From positions 1 to 64,000 of IMG/VR virus record IMGVR_UViG_3300042731_011014: 64,000 nt of DNA; one strand, given 5' to 3'. Positions 38,629-49,525 of the stretch are shown here, in pieces. The DNA is from a virus. The stretch's first letter is position 1; each line of letters begins with the position of its first letter. The position numbers and the translations under genes are program-made. The notes beneath the pieces were generated by a model, which did no database searches, had not been told where the DNA came from, and saw nothing but the letters and a program-made list of their open reading frames with translations.

Positions 38629-39333
38629 TTAAAAAGGAATATCATCCTCTACTGGCTTATCACTATTCTTCTTGTTTTCATTGTTCGTGAAAACGGACTC
38701 CTCTCTACGTACTGCATTTAGTATTCTAAGTAACTCGGAGCGACTTTTTGGAGCAAAGAATTTTTCATAATCGTAGGACTCAGGTGTCCATATTTTACCT
38801 TGTTTATCTTTGTACTTAAACTCATCAGCACTAAGATCCACCTCACCTAAAAACTCGCGGATATCACCTGAACTTGCATCGGTCTCAGACGCCCTATAGA
38901 ACTCGTATTTACATCCTTCCAGTGACCCTCTACGCTGTCTAGATCGCTCAATTGCCTTTGCCACATCTGTTTTTACAGCAAGTAACCTCTTGACATTTTT
39001 TCTTTCATTCCCTTTTTTATCAACCCATGGAGTAGCATCGATAACAGTATACATAGTTACATAATATTTTTTCTGACCCGAATCGCACAGTGGACAGCCT
39101 TCAGGATTTTCATCAGGTGGAATGTTTTCAAGACATGTGAACCAATTTTGCCATGTTCCATTTAGGTAAAGTTGATGCTCCCAGAACTGAATACATTCGT
39201 CATCGACAAAGATAATTTCTCTATATTTATCAGGTGGCATCCATACCCGCTGAGGAGGTTTAGCTCTATTTTTCTGTTCCTCTTCTCTTGCCTCTTCAAA
39301 ACCATCGTACCCTGTTTTAAACCATCCGGCCAT
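38629..39333 (-). CDS. Phage gp32-like single-stranded DNA-binding protein
   Basis: FWEH...FTC...CPLC Zn motif and acidic DDIPF tail, located in the replication operon. Confidence 0.75.
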   Translation of the reverse strand: MAGWFKTGYDGFEEAREEEQKNRAKPPQRVWMPPDKYREIIFVDDECIQFWEHQLYLNGTWQNWFTCLENIPPDENPEGCPLCDSGQKKYYVTMYTVIDATPWVDKKGNERKNVKRLLAVKTDVAKAIERSRQRRGSLEGCKYEFYRASETDASSGDIREFLGEVDLSADEFKYKDKQGKIWTPESYDYEKFFAPKSRSELLRILNAVRREESVFTNNENKKNSDKPVEDDIPF

Positions 39334-39644
39334 TCTTCATTCTCCTTCGTCAATTTTTTGACTTTAGTTTACACCATTTCGGCGCCTTAAATTCAAATTC
39401 CCTTTTGGATTCTTCCTCTCTTTGTTTTTCCTCTTTGACCCTTATAATATCTCTTAATTGTTTAATATTAACCTTGGTAACTTTAAAACATCTTGGACAG
39501 GTAACATCATCGTTAATATCTTTTGCATGTTCAATAATTTCAATTCCGCACTCTGGACAAATTAAATTTAAATCATTGTTTACACCAAAACATTCACTCA
39601 TGATAGCACCCAATCTCACTTGTTCAATGATGCTTAACTATTTT

Positions 39645-41807
39645 TTACAATTTAATATTCTCTATTTCTTTAGTTACCTCTTTTTTACTCATACCACCGG
39701 GATCGCATTCGTCTGGTAACTCAATAACTTTAACCTGGATTTTTTTAGCTATAAGATTTCTCAACTTAACCATTGCATCCTTTCCCGCCTTATCACCATC
39801 AAACATTATTACAGCGCCTCTGTTAACCGGAATGCATCTAACTATCCTTAATATCTGTTCGTCACTAAAACCTGTCCCCATTGTCGCAACCGCATTGTAC
39901 CCATACTGCCACATAATAACAGCATCGATATGGCCCTCAACTAAAAACACATCACCCCTAGACTCCTCTATAAGATGTTCACCGAATAAAAAATTACCCT
40001 TCTTGAACCTTAAAAAATCAGATTCCCTTCTCCAATCAATAAATGGCTTAAGTTTATACTCACCTATATCCCAATTATAGTGACAATTATGGACCAATAA
40101 GCCATTATTTACAAATGTCTTTGCCTCAGTTTCAAAATCAACAAGTTCTTCCTCTGATAAAAACTCAATACCATCAACAGCAACAGGCATACCATCTCTT
40201 ATGGTATGAATTAACATAGCACTTTCAAAACGGTCCCTTACAGTGGACGCGATCATCCTCAGCATCGACCATGATACCCTACTTCTACCTGCCAATGCAT
40301 CAGGATTAATCCCAACACCAGACTCCCTGCAAAATTCTCTTAACAATTCACCCGCGAACATCCCAGTTTTTCTTTCGCTACCATAATGCCTAATTATTGC
40401 CTTTTGTTTCTCATTAATACCAAATCCAACTGAATTAGCAAATCTCACTGCCTGCTCGCCACACATTGTTAATACAAAAGAACCACATTTAGATCTCTTT
40501 TTATTAGCAAAAACCCCAACTGACTGCAATAATAACATAATACCGTCTATGGCACATTCAGAATTCAACCCTATTCTAACCTTTCCATCAGCACTTGATC
40601 CGTCAGCATCAAACACACCACGAATAAATCCAACAATTTCAGATCTAGAACTCATTGTCGGTACAAACCATGAGCTACTTTTGCTTCTACGTGGCCTACT
40701 ACCGATACAATCTAATGCACGTATTCTATCACCTGAAATCGCAAACCACTTAGTATCACCACATGGTTTTCTTTCAACAAATTTTAGACCACTCACCTTG
40801 GCGGCCTTTTTTAATGATTCCCGCCAATATTTCACATTTTTATCAAATCCAAAAACAATTGTTCTACTGCTTTCTCGATATCCATCACCACAAAAGGCAC
40901 CTACAAGCCACCACCATAAATCTGCAACATTATCACCGCTTGCCCAACCAGGTGCTAAATACATAAAATCATCACGACTTAACTCCTGTGAATGAACCCA
41001 GCTCCATTTACCTTTTTTCCAGCACCAAACCTTGTGATTGAAACCAAAAAACACTTCTTGACCATTCCTAAGGGAAACTTTTACAACCCTACTGGTTGTA
41101 TTCCATTTATTTACAATTTTAGACCATCCCCATTTACCTTCTTTCTCGTTAAACGACCACACCTTATCCCCAACCACGACCGCACCTGCTTCGATACAAC
41201 CTCTTCCTGTAATAATAATTGAATCTCTTCTAATACAATATTTTGGTATCCTATCTCCAACACTTCTACCACTTACCCCGCGCAATCTCCCCCTTTCATC
41301 TCTTGTCACAAATATCGCTCTAGCGTTCTTTTTGTCAAACCCAATATTCCAATATCTTGCTGTCTCGATACTTATACCACGATCAAGAATATACCTTGGG
41401 ATCTCCCCTAAGAATCCATCAATAGATGATTCAGGCAAAAAATCGTAATAATAATCGCTTTTATCTTTACATTCTGCCTTTTTTGCCCAAGATGAAATCA
41501 TCTGTCTAGGTAACCTTGAATACCTCATAAGCAATAATGATTTGCCGGAGAAATCCGGGGAATCATATCCTTTTAGCCCCCATTCGCTTATTGCCATTTT
41601 TTCAAGAATGCCTTCAAAACCACAAGCAAAGCATTTACAGTAACTACCTCCAGAGTTGTTAACAAAAACCGAAAACGATGGATTCCTATCATACCCTCTT
41701 TTATGGTTCTCCCCTTTTGGGCATGTTGAAATAATAGATCGCGCTCTGTTCTTTATTTTTTTGCACCCAATAGATTCAAGTAACTGTTTTATCTTATCTT
41801 CTGTCAT
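39645..41807 (-). CDS. dnaG: DNA primase (Zn finger + TOPRIM) with an intein
   Basis: CPKGENH..NPSFSV...CFACG; VEGHIDA, FDGDKAG, DPG. Confidence 0.9.
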   Translation of the reverse strand: MTEDKIKQLLESIGCKKIKNRARSIISTCPKGENHKRGYDRNPSFSVFVNNSGGSYCKCFACGFEGILEKMAISEWGLKGYDSPDFSGKSLLLMRYSRLPRQMISSWAKKAECKDKSDYYYDFLPESSIDGFLGEIPRYILDRGISIETARYWNIGFDKKNARAIFVTRDERGRLRGVSGRSVGDRIPKYCIRRDSIIITGRGCIEAGAVVVGDKVWSFNEKEGKWGWSKIVNKWNTTSRVVKVSLRNGQEVFFGFNHKVWCWKKGKWSWVHSQELSRDDFMYLAPGWASGDNVADLWWWLVGAFCGDGYRESSRTIVFGFDKNVKYWRESLKKAAKVSGLKFVERKPCGDTKWFAISGDRIRALDCIGSRPRRSKSSSWFVPTMSSRSEIVGFIRGVFDADGSSADGKVRIGLNSECAIDGIMLLLQSVGVFANKKRSKCGSFVLTMCGEQAVRFANSVGFGINEKQKAIIRHYGSERKTGMFAGELLREFCRESGVGINPDALAGRSRVSWSMLRMIASTVRDRFESAMLIHTIRDGMPVAVDGIEFLSEEELVDFETEAKTFVNNGLLVHNCHYNWDIGEYKLKPFIDWRRESDFLRFKKGNFLFGEHLIEESRGDVFLVEGHIDAVIMWQYGYNAVATMGTGFSDEQILRIVRCIPVNRGAVIMFDGDKAGKDAMVKLRNLIAKKIQVKVIELPDECDPGGMSKKEVTKEIENIKL
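40086..41237 (-). mobile_element. Intein (384 aa) with LAGLIDADG endonuclease in primase
   Basis: PKY|CIRRDSII ... LLVHN|C; internal LVGAFCGDG and FIRGVFDADG. Confidence 0.9.
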
Positions 41808-42017
41808 ACAAGACTATTTATTTTAATTTCAATCCCATCATGTCGGATGTGCTAATCACTCGACCGCACTTGCATTTCCAGCCACAAGGATCTAGCCCGA
41901 TATAATACTTAGGAATCATCATTAACTCAGTTAAAGGATTCCTTACTGGAATATCGCATTGAGGACACTTGAAACGCTCAATCCATTGAAACTTTTTACA
42001 CTCTTCTTTTCTCGTAA

Positions 42018-44561
42018 TCATAAAAACAACTCATCATCTTTGTTTAAATCATCGTTCTTAATTGCCTTTTCCGGCTTATCAGCTTGACCAAAATCCATTG
42101 TCTTAAAATCCCATTTAGATACCAGATCCATGATTTCACCCTCCCTCATTTTGAGCATCATAATTTTCATAAGGCCATCCTGCTTGAAATCCCCGGTCTG
42201 AACCAACGCAAAAGCTATATCTGCATCCCATCCAATAACATCGGTAATGCCAATATTTGCTATATCAATTGTATCCGGGTCGTCATCACTTACTGTCCGA
42301 TTAAACTGCGTTGACGCGCACCCGACAATACCATACCTTTTTGCTAGTTTTTTAATATGATCTGCAACCATAGACACCCTGGTATGTCGATCATAAACGC
42401 CGGGCACCTTGACCAAGTACATCCCATCGATCACTACAATATCAGGTCTGGTTTCATATATTGCAGCCTCTATGCTGTCCAATGTAATATCAAAATCGTC
42501 ACCAACGATGTAAATGCCTTCATTTTCAATCATACTGTCGATTTCATCGAACATTTTTGCTTCCGCAAAATCACCAAGCTTAGCTCTACGCATATTCTGG
42601 TAGTTCATTCTCAAATGTATTGCATAAAACCTTTGAGCAATTCGAGCCTTTGCCATCTCGGTGCATACAAAAAGAACCTTGTACCCATTCAACCATGCAG
42701 CTCGAGCAACTAAAATCATCGCCCATGTATTATGCGCAACTAAATTATTCGCTATGTAGTTATGGGTGCTATTAATAGTAAAATCACCAACTTCATGATC
42801 ACCATCATCCTCAACCGATATAAGCTTATCAAATAATATTTCCTCGCTCACCATCCACTTAAACCTATCCAATGCATTTTCTGCTTCATCGAATAGCGCC
42901 CTCAGATATCTTCTACTACCACAGCCATTTCCACTTTTATTAACAAAATCTCTCGTACTAACATAAGATTTCAGACCAAGTCTCTCCCTGACCCTATTAA
43001 AAAGTAATTTACCTTTATCAGTCTTTAAATACTTAATCCTAAAACTATCCTGCGTCTTAAAGATAGCACCCCTTAGTTCATCGCTTGATGGAACGACATC
43101 AGTATTTGGATTAATTGAATCCTTAACCAGTTCCAATCTCTCACCTTTTGGTCCAGGCATATTGTGGAACATATCTCTAAACTTATTTCGGGTCCAGGCC
43201 TCGACTCTAAGTCGCCATGCATTAAATTCCTTCCCTTCACACTTCACCTTCCTATAGCTCTTTGATGCAACAATTCCAAACCTTAAGAGTAATGTTACCA
43301 ACTCATCGACCAATTTTTCCGAAGACAAAGAAATCTCAATCCTATCTCTCCCGCCATTCCTAACCTCACCGTCGCACGCCCAAAATACCTCTATAAATCT
43401 CGCGAGTAAAACATTTGGGAGTTTCCATATTACATCAGGAATACACTTATTAATTGATTTATCACAACCAATTCCATACCTATTCAAAAAAGCCCTACCA
43501 CCAAGAAGACTATATGTATTCTTAGCCTTTCGATCTGAAACATCCAATCCAGCGCTTTTCGCTGCTGTCTTGAACAAAGTAACAATTGACTTCTCCTCTT
43601 TAGTTACCGTTACATCATATCTCTTTGTATAGTTTCCATCAGCAAGTAATATTGCCATTAACTCCACGTGGCTAACCGGTATAGAAACAGGCTCTACTGG
43701 CTCTGGAAGCCATGCTGAACCAACTATCCAATCCTCACGCACATTCAACCTGTCAGCTCTTACCCATCCTCTTTGTGTTAACATAGGGTGCTCTGGTGTG
43801 ACCGATATTTTTCTACCCAATCTTGTTTTTATTTCTAGACATTTGCTTCGGCCAGTAAGAATCCAAGCATCAGGAACAACAGCTTTTATCCCCCCACCGT
43901 TAGCCTGATCAAGCGTATAGACACTTTTTCTCTTATCAATAACATCTTTCGCTAGTAACCTCTTACCTGTTAGAGGATCGATCATGTAGGTATTATCAAG
44001 CCTATTACACTTTCCAACACCTAACCGGGCTACGGCGACAACAAAATCACCCGGCCAAAAACCAAGTGTTGCCTCAGTCATATCCTCCCATGGTGTCGGT
44101 ATCCCAACCTCACCGCGTTTAATTTTCATATAGATTTCTTTAACTTTTGGACCAAGAGAAAAAAGACTTTCAACTTTTGCTGACCCAGGGGATGTTGCCC
44201 AAATCCTCCTACATAATTCAATATTCTTTTCAAACGCCTTTTCAGGATCGTTTTTTTCAAGATGCTTAATTACCGGATCTAAACCTTCTCTTAACTCAAG
44301 GTATAATGATCTCTTTTTTACCTGTTCAATCCAATAGCCAACCACACCATCAGACTTACCCAGCAATATTCCCTTTGCTTTTTTAACTATACTTTCCGAG
44401 GGAATATCATCAAATTTCCTCCAATACTCTACTATAAACTTTACGACAGTTGCACCCTGACCCTGTAACATACTGGGAGTTATACCACTATTGATTAATT
44501 CCAAAATGCCGTCACGGCCACCATTAAGCAAGGCGCACGCAATGCCATTGTCAATATCCAA
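42018..44561 (-). CDS. dnaB: DnaB-like replicative helicase with an intein
   Basis: ARLGVGK|T, FVCTEM, VVIDGMY, STQFNR, DADI. Confidence 0.92.
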   Translation of the reverse strand: MDIDNGIACALLNGGRDGILELINSGITPSMLQGQGATVVKFIVEYWRKFDDIPSESIVKKAKGILLGKSDGVVGYWIEQVKKRSLYLELREGLDPVIKHLEKNDPEKAFEKNIELCRRIWATSPGSAKVESLFSLGPKVKEIYMKIKRGEVGIPTPWEDMTEATLGFWPGDFVVAVARLGVGKCNRLDNTYMIDPLTGKRLLAKDVIDKRKSVYTLDQANGGGIKAVVPDAWILTGRSKCLEIKTRLGRKISVTPEHPMLTQRGWVRADRLNVREDWIVGSAWLPEPVEPVSIPVSHVELMAILLADGNYTKRYDVTVTKEEKSIVTLFKTAAKSAGLDVSDRKAKNTYSLLGGRAFLNRYGIGCDKSINKCIPDVIWKLPNVLLARFIEVFWACDGEVRNGGRDRIEISLSSEKLVDELVTLLLRFGIVASKSYRKVKCEGKEFNAWRLRVEAWTRNKFRDMFHNMPGPKGERLELVKDSINPNTDVVPSSDELRGAIFKTQDSFRIKYLKTDKGKLLFNRVRERLGLKSYVSTRDFVNKSGNGCGSRRYLRALFDEAENALDRFKWMVSEEILFDKLISVEDDGDHEVGDFTINSTHNYIANNLVAHNTWAMILVARAAWLNGYKVLFVCTEMAKARIAQRFYAIHLRMNYQNMRRAKLGDFAEAKMFDEIDSMIENEGIYIVGDDFDITLDSIEAAIYETRPDIVVIDGMYLVKVPGVYDRHTRVSMVADHIKKLAKRYGIVGCASTQFNRTVSDDDPDTIDIANIGITDVIGWDADIAFALVQTGDFKQDGLMKIMMLKMREGEIMDLVSKWDFKTMDFGQADKPEKAIKNDDLNKDDELFL
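42729..44009 (-). mobile_element. Intein (427 aa) with LAGLIDADG endonuclease in DnaB Walker A
   Basis: K|CNRLDN ... NLVAHN|T; internal MAILLADG and FIEVFWACDG. Confidence 0.9.
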
Positions 44562-44583
44562 TGCTAGGCCCTCCGACGCAATG

Positions 44584-45252
44584 TTACTTACAAAAGCTTC
44601 TTTCTAGATTATTCATATGTTTTTCTAGGTAATTATGACCACTAACAGAAACAGGGAGCATGTACCCTCTTATTGCATTATACAGGGTATCATTATAGTT
44701 TTTGCCTATCTCATTCTGAGTTAAGATTGTTGTAATAATAGTTGCTTTCATATTATTTATTCTGCTTTTTACAATATCACTTAGTGTCATTAGATAATAA
44801 TTAGCAGGTCCCCCTGATTCTTTTCCAAGATCATCTATTATCAACAAATCTACCTCTTTTGATCTTCGGTACAAAGTAAGTCCACCACCAAAGATGCTCT
44901 CCTTAAATGATTTTGACGCCATTTCCTGCGCTGAAGAAAACATAGCTGTGTACTTCCTACGCCTAACCTCCTTTGCAATAACAATGGCACAGCTAGTTTT
45001 TCCAGTATTATGATCACCAAGGAACAACAATCCATGACCTTCACAAATCATACTATCAATACTTTTTAAGTATTTTAGGATAGTTTTCTTATGAAAGCTA
45101 CCATCTGGTTTAATTTCAGAATACGATACACTCCAGAATCTAGTAGGAACACGCATCCTATTTAAATGATCTTCGGTCAAACTAATGCGCCGCCGAACAT
45201 CACCAAGGTAAGTCCTTCCTCCATCCGACTTCTGGATCTCTATTCGATGCAT
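44584..45252 (-). CDS. DnaC/IstB-like helicase loader ATPase
   Basis: LLFLGDHNTGKT, DLLIIDDLGKE, TIITT; sits between initiator and DnaB. Confidence 0.85.
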   Translation of the reverse strand: MHRIEIQKSDGGRTYLGDVRRRISLTEDHLNRMRVPTRFWSVSYSEIKPDGSFHKKTILKYLKSIDSMICEGHGLLFLGDHNTGKTSCAIVIAKEVRRRKYTAMFSSAQEMASKSFKESIFGGGLTLYRRSKEVDLLIIDDLGKESGGPANYYLMTLSDIVKSRINNMKATIITTILTQNEIGKNYNDTLYNAIRGYMLPVSVSGHNYLEKHMNNLERSFCK

Positions 45253-46150
45253 GTTTATCAGATCTCCTAATTGTTCCTTTGCTATTGATTTCTCCTCTTA
45301 TAGCCTCCTGAATCCACATATCACCCATTTTAATTACAAGTTGCAAAGTAGGAGCATACGATTTATCCAACTTAAACCTCTCCCTTAAACTATTCCACTT
45401 TTCAAAAACAAATTCAACTAATTTCTTCGTATTTTCGCTACCATAGTCATCAATAAGGATCTTTGCCATAGCCTTCCTTTTAGCCCTCCACTTCTTATCT
45501 GGTAAATCATCAAATTTTTCCTGCCAAAGACTATGCCAAATTAATTCTATATCCTTTAAACTACAATCGCTCTCTTTCTCATTGTTTTTACTTGATTTTA
45601 TTATACTAAGCTCTAACTCCTGGCCCCTTCTTTCCTGCGCCTCTTTCCTCTTTTTCTCTTGCGTTCTTTTAAGAACAGCATTTATCTGATCTTTATCAAT
45701 ATCGCAATCACTTTTATCCATTTTTTCTTTTTTATCACAGATATTGTTTCTTGTAATATTAGATATCCCAAGATCCTCATTTGGCACCCTGATAAATCCA
45801 GTCCTATTTAACGTATCATTGGTAAGCACCCCGTTACCATCCTCATAAACCCTATCTAGTGGCATTAATATAGTTATATTGGACTTACCGTACTTTTTTT
45901 CCTGTTTAATCAACCCCTTATTCTCAAGTTTAGCTAGGCACCTGAATACACTCCTCCTAGTTAATTTCGTATCAGCCATCATCCTTTCAATACCAGGGAA
46001 GCAGGATCCTTTTTCCCTCTCATACCATTTTAACTGAAGGTACAATCTAAACGTCGTGTTATCTATTTCAGAATCAAAAAGCAATATCCCATTACACCTA
46101 ACACCCCATAAACCATCTATCTCTCTAGCGTTCTTTAGAGCGTCTTTCAT
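45200..46150 (-). CDS. Replication initiator with N-terminal HTH
   Basis: FRLYLQL...CFPGIERMMADTKLTRRSVFRCLAKLENKGLI, followed directly by the loader gene. Confidence 0.75.
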   Translation of the reverse strand: MKDALKNAREIDGLWGVRCNGILLFDSEIDNTTFRLYLQLKWYEREKGSCFPGIERMMADTKLTRRSVFRCLAKLENKGLIKQEKKYGKSNITILMPLDRVYEDGNGVLTNDTLNRTGFIRVPNEDLGISNITRNNICDKKEKMDKSDCDIDKDQINAVLKRTQEKKRKEAQERRGQELELSIIKSSKNNEKESDCSLKDIELIWHSLWQEKFDDLPDKKWRAKRKAMAKILIDDYGSENTKKLVEFVFEKWNSLRERFKLDKSYAPTLQLVIKMGDMWIQEAIRGEINSKGTIRRSDKHASNRDPEVGWRKDLPW

Positions 46151-46545
46151 TGCTTTTTTTCTTCTTTATATTCAGAAAGTGCAACCTCTATCTCTTGAAA
46201 CTGCTTACTTTGAACATCACTTACTTTTTTTAAAACAGCCTGAAAACATGAAACGCAATATAAAACATTATATTTCTTTACATCTCTTCTACTAATTTTA
46301 AAAGACAAGGTTACACCTTTCATTCCCTTTTCAGGTAAGACATTATTGCACCTAACGCATGATATGTTGGCATTCTTTTTTACCTCATAACATGATCTAC
46401 ATATCTTCGACCAAATAAAATCATTGCTGATTTCCTCTTTACAATTTGCACATCTTTTGATTTTACTTTTCATGAATAGATACTCTACATTTGGTCTTGC
46501 AATATTTTTCCCATATCTCCTCAAACTTACTTGGCCATTCAACAT
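46147..46545 (-). CDS. Zn-finger hypothetical protein
   Basis: Four CxxC pairs. Confidence 0.55.
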   Translation of the reverse strand: MLNGQVSLRRYGKNIARPNVEYLFMKSKIKRCANCKEEISNDFIWSKICRSCYEVKKNANISCVRCNNVLPEKGMKGVTLSFKISRRDVKKYNVLYCVSCFQAVLKKVSDVQSKQFQEIEVALSEYKEEKKQ

Positions 46546-46770
46546 GCTCCATTAAATAACATAGTTCTTGGTAGGCTTTTATAGTCTTACAGTTTTCAAG
46601 TGCATCCATGATAGAATTAGCTGATACTCTCACATTGACAATCCATTTTAAAAGATCAAAAAAATCTTTCTCATCAACGCAATCTTCTCTAACTGGATGA
46701 AGATTATCTTTGGTCATCTTAATCCTCTGTTAGTAGTCGCCTGTTATCCTTTTTACTTTCATGCACATGC

Positions 46771-47334
46771 TCAAGCGTTTTTTCTTGATCGTCTTGTTCT
46801 TGCTCTTCTTTTTCCCTCTTTTTTTTCCTTTGATTCTCCATTTTTACCTTCACATAATAGCCCTTTATTATTACCTAGTACGATTGCTTTCAATCTAACC
46901 TTTACACCAAGTATATGTTTATCATAATCAGAAAATATGAATTTAACAGGATTCATAATAAGCATACTGCCAGATATGACTTGATATTGCTCACATGCAA
47001 GCTTCATTTTATCAAAATGCTTACTAAACATCCCGGCCATTTTAACTGGTATTGCACCTATCGATCCTATCCTGTTTCCATTTTTATCACATGCGCAAAC
47101 ATCAATAACCAGCTTACTAAAAGGCACTAAGGCAAGACATATTTCTCTTTTACGAGCAATCTTTATTAGTGAATCCTGCCTTTTCTCTCCATTGAAAATT
47201 TTATCAGTTCTATCAAGATTAATATCAATCTCAACCCAACCATTGTCAAGCTGATTGATTGAGTTAATCTCATTTGCCCATTTTTTATCATTTTTTTTAT
47301 TCTTAGCGAAACCATCAAGTACAATTGGATTCAT
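46771..47334 (-). CDS. Hypothetical protein
   Basis: 187-aa ORF coupled to the upstream gene. Confidence 0.55.
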   Translation of the reverse strand: MNPIVLDGFAKNKKNDKKWANEINSINQLDNGWVEIDINLDRTDKIFNGEKRQDSLIKIARKREICLALVPFSKLVIDVCACDKNGNRIGSIGAIPVKMAGMFSKHFDKMKLACEQYQVISGSMLIMNPVKFIFSDYDKHILGVKVRLKAIVLGNNKGLLCEGKNGESKEKKEGKRRARTRRSRKNA

Positions 47335-48359
47335 GTAAACAATATCCTCTTCCTGTATCCCTGTACCGTCGCTTTTACTACATCGAGTAGATCTTTAAAT
47401 GATTTTGGTCTAAATTCAGCCAATTTTGATACATGTACTTTTCTTTTAATGCCAGGTAAGTCAAAATCAAATACAAGTTCACCTGCTGACCAAAGAATAT
47501 CCAAGGTAGGTCTAGCATTAAGTAACCATTCACAGAACTGATTCCATAAAACAAGATCGTTGAAGCGTTCAATCAACCCGTTATTAGACAAGTAATCTCT
47601 TAAAGTTATTTTTTTACTTAAAAACGACTCAGGAAAACACTTTAGACATAGATCTTTTTTAAACAAGAATTTCCAACTCTCTATGTCATTCGGGTTATCA
47701 TTACCGATACTTATTTCGGTTTTCCCTAGGGGATAGATTTTACAAATGGTTGGCCTATCATCACCGAGAGCACATTTAAAAAACGGAAGGTTTTCTTTGT
47801 CGCGCCAAAACCTCTCATAAACCTTCGTTCCATCATTTCTAATTTCGTTCATTAATGAAATATATTCTTCTTTCCCTCTTAATTGTGCTACAGGTACAGC
47901 CATTGGGCACTTGGAAATACTTTCTTTATCATTCGGAAGTAACCTGTGAAATAAAAGATATCCTATTGGCACACCGCTATTACCGTCAATTGTCCAGGTA
48001 ACTATCCCGTGAGGGTTTCTGCTGGACAGTAGCGACGTTGATGAAAAAAAACCCATCTTTCTAACTATATCATTATTTATCATTTTCCAAATATCTAACG
48101 GTGATAATGGGATCTTTCTTCCAAAGCAACATCTACCAGATCTGTTACACATGAATTGAATTTCATCGTCTAATCCAATTACTTCGGTATTTTTTTCAGT
48201 TGCTTTTTTAATTATAATCTGATCATTCTCAGTGGCCGTGTAACCAGATATCTCATCTTTGCTACACTCAACAGGTATGCAATTTTTAAATAGTTCATCG
48301 CCAGCAACAGGAGGTTTTTTTGTCTTTCTTTTTTTAGAAAGATATTTGCCCATATTCAC
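47331..48359 (-). CDS. YkgJ-family cysteine-cluster (Fe-S/Zn) protein
   Basis: FMCNRSGRCC...LSPLDI and C.L.DDRPTICKIYPLG. Confidence 0.75.
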   Translation of the reverse strand: MNMGKYLSKKRKTKKPPVAGDELFKNCIPVECSKDEISGYTATENDQIIIKKATEKNTEVIGLDDEIQFMCNRSGRCCFGRKIPLSPLDIWKMINNDIVRKMGFFSSTSLLSSRNPHGIVTWTIDGNSGVPIGYLLFHRLLPNDKESISKCPMAVPVAQLRGKEEYISLMNEIRNDGTKVYERFWRDKENLPFFKCALGDDRPTICKIYPLGKTEISIGNDNPNDIESWKFLFKKDLCLKCFPESFLSKKITLRDYLSNNGLIERFNDLVLWNQFCEWLLNARPTLDILWSAGELVFDFDLPGIKRKVHVSKLAEFRPKSFKDLLDVVKATVQGYRKRILFT

Positions 48360-48384
48360 CTACTTGTGATTTTTCTTTTTATAG

Positions 48385-48412
48385 ATTCTAGCTCGGGAGG
48401 TGAATTTTGCAA
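48385..48412 (-). promoter_or_regulatory. Sigma70-like promoter heading the replication operon
   Basis: Minus strand acccTTGCAA, 16-nt spacer, TAGAAT, about 25 nt upstream of ORF 47331..48359. Confidence 0.55.
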
Positions 48413-48476
48413 GGGTGTCTGGTGCACTTTTTTTGAGAAAAAACGTACTGGCGTGTTTTTTTTGACTTTAAGTTGG

Positions 48477-49067
48477 TTATTTTTTTGACTTCTTTTTCTT
48501 CGGTCTAGGCGTCACCGATGGCAGGCTATGTAAATCATATAGTTCCGCCTCAATGCCATCGGTATTATCGCTAAAATTGCTAAGATCTTCAAAGCATGTC
48601 TCCTTCGGTAAGACTTTTCTTGTCACTTCGAAAAATTCATCAATCGGGATGCCAGCTCTACGAGCTAAGTTAAGAAACTCACCCATATCGCCTTTTGGTT
48701 TCAGAAAAACTTGATCTTTAAACAAAAGATCAAACATATGTTTTCCGTAGTCGCGGATAAACCGATCCGAGGAAACCGGATCGGTGATTTTTGGCCGAAT
48801 AGCCGAGCTAACAGTGACAATGCAGTCAGTACCGTCAAATTTGACTGATTTTCTTTTTTCACCTAAGATAGACTTTTTGCGCCAATGAATCTTAGCCTGA
48901 TCCCTTAAAAGTTCAGCATAGATCTCTTTTTCTTTATTGAGATCATCAATTTTCATTTTGATCTCATAAAGAGCATCTACGTGCTCTTGAACGGCATCAT
49001 CGGTTTTTTCGTCTTGTTTTTTTAATGCATCCGCCAAAGACATTGTTTTTTTCCTTCGATTCCTCAT
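48477..49067 (-). CDS. Hypothetical protein
   Basis: 196-aa ORF with basic C-terminal tail. Confidence 0.6.
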   Translation of the reverse strand: MRNRRKKTMSLADALKKQDEKTDDAVQEHVDALYEIKMKIDDLNKEKEIYAELLRDQAKIHWRKKSILGEKRKSVKFDGTDCIVTVSSAIRPKITDPVSSDRFIRDYGKHMFDLLFKDQVFLKPKGDMGEFLNLARRAGIPIDEFFEVTRKVLPKETCFEDLSNFSDNTDGIEAELYDLHSLPSVTPRPKKKKSKK

Positions 49068-49303
49068 CGCTTATTTTATCTCCGCATAGTGGGATGCTGA
49101 TCGTATCCACATCAGAATCAGCCCAATCATCCCCCCATGGAATCAGATCATCAAATGATCCTATCTCATGGCAATCATCGTCAATCAGACGATCCCGTGC
49201 ATTCATCAAAGCAGTTATTTCCTGTTCTGATAACTGCCGACCCATGTAGGATTTAAAATACATTGTTATTTCTCTTTACTCTTATAGATTGCACGATTGG
49301 GGC

Positions 49304-49525
49304 CAACTACATGTAGTTGTTTACAGGTTTTTAGCCCTAAAAGCCTAATGTTTTCAATAGGTATGACATGTATCATAAGCTAATGATATGTGTGGCCGAC
49401 ATGTGTTACATTGCAAATATTGCAGAGATTAAATTTTTGAGAAAGTATCAATATGAACAGAATTGAGTATTTTCAGTACTTTACAATTGGATTTTCTCTA
49501 TGCAAAAAGTTGCAATCCGACATGT
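49304..49525. promoter_or_regulatory. Cluster of ACATGT-centred palindromes in the divergent intergenic region
   Basis: ACATGT at 49309, 49366, 49399 and 49520; the first lies in a perfect 16-bp palindrome CAACTACATGTAGTTG. Confidence 0.5.
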
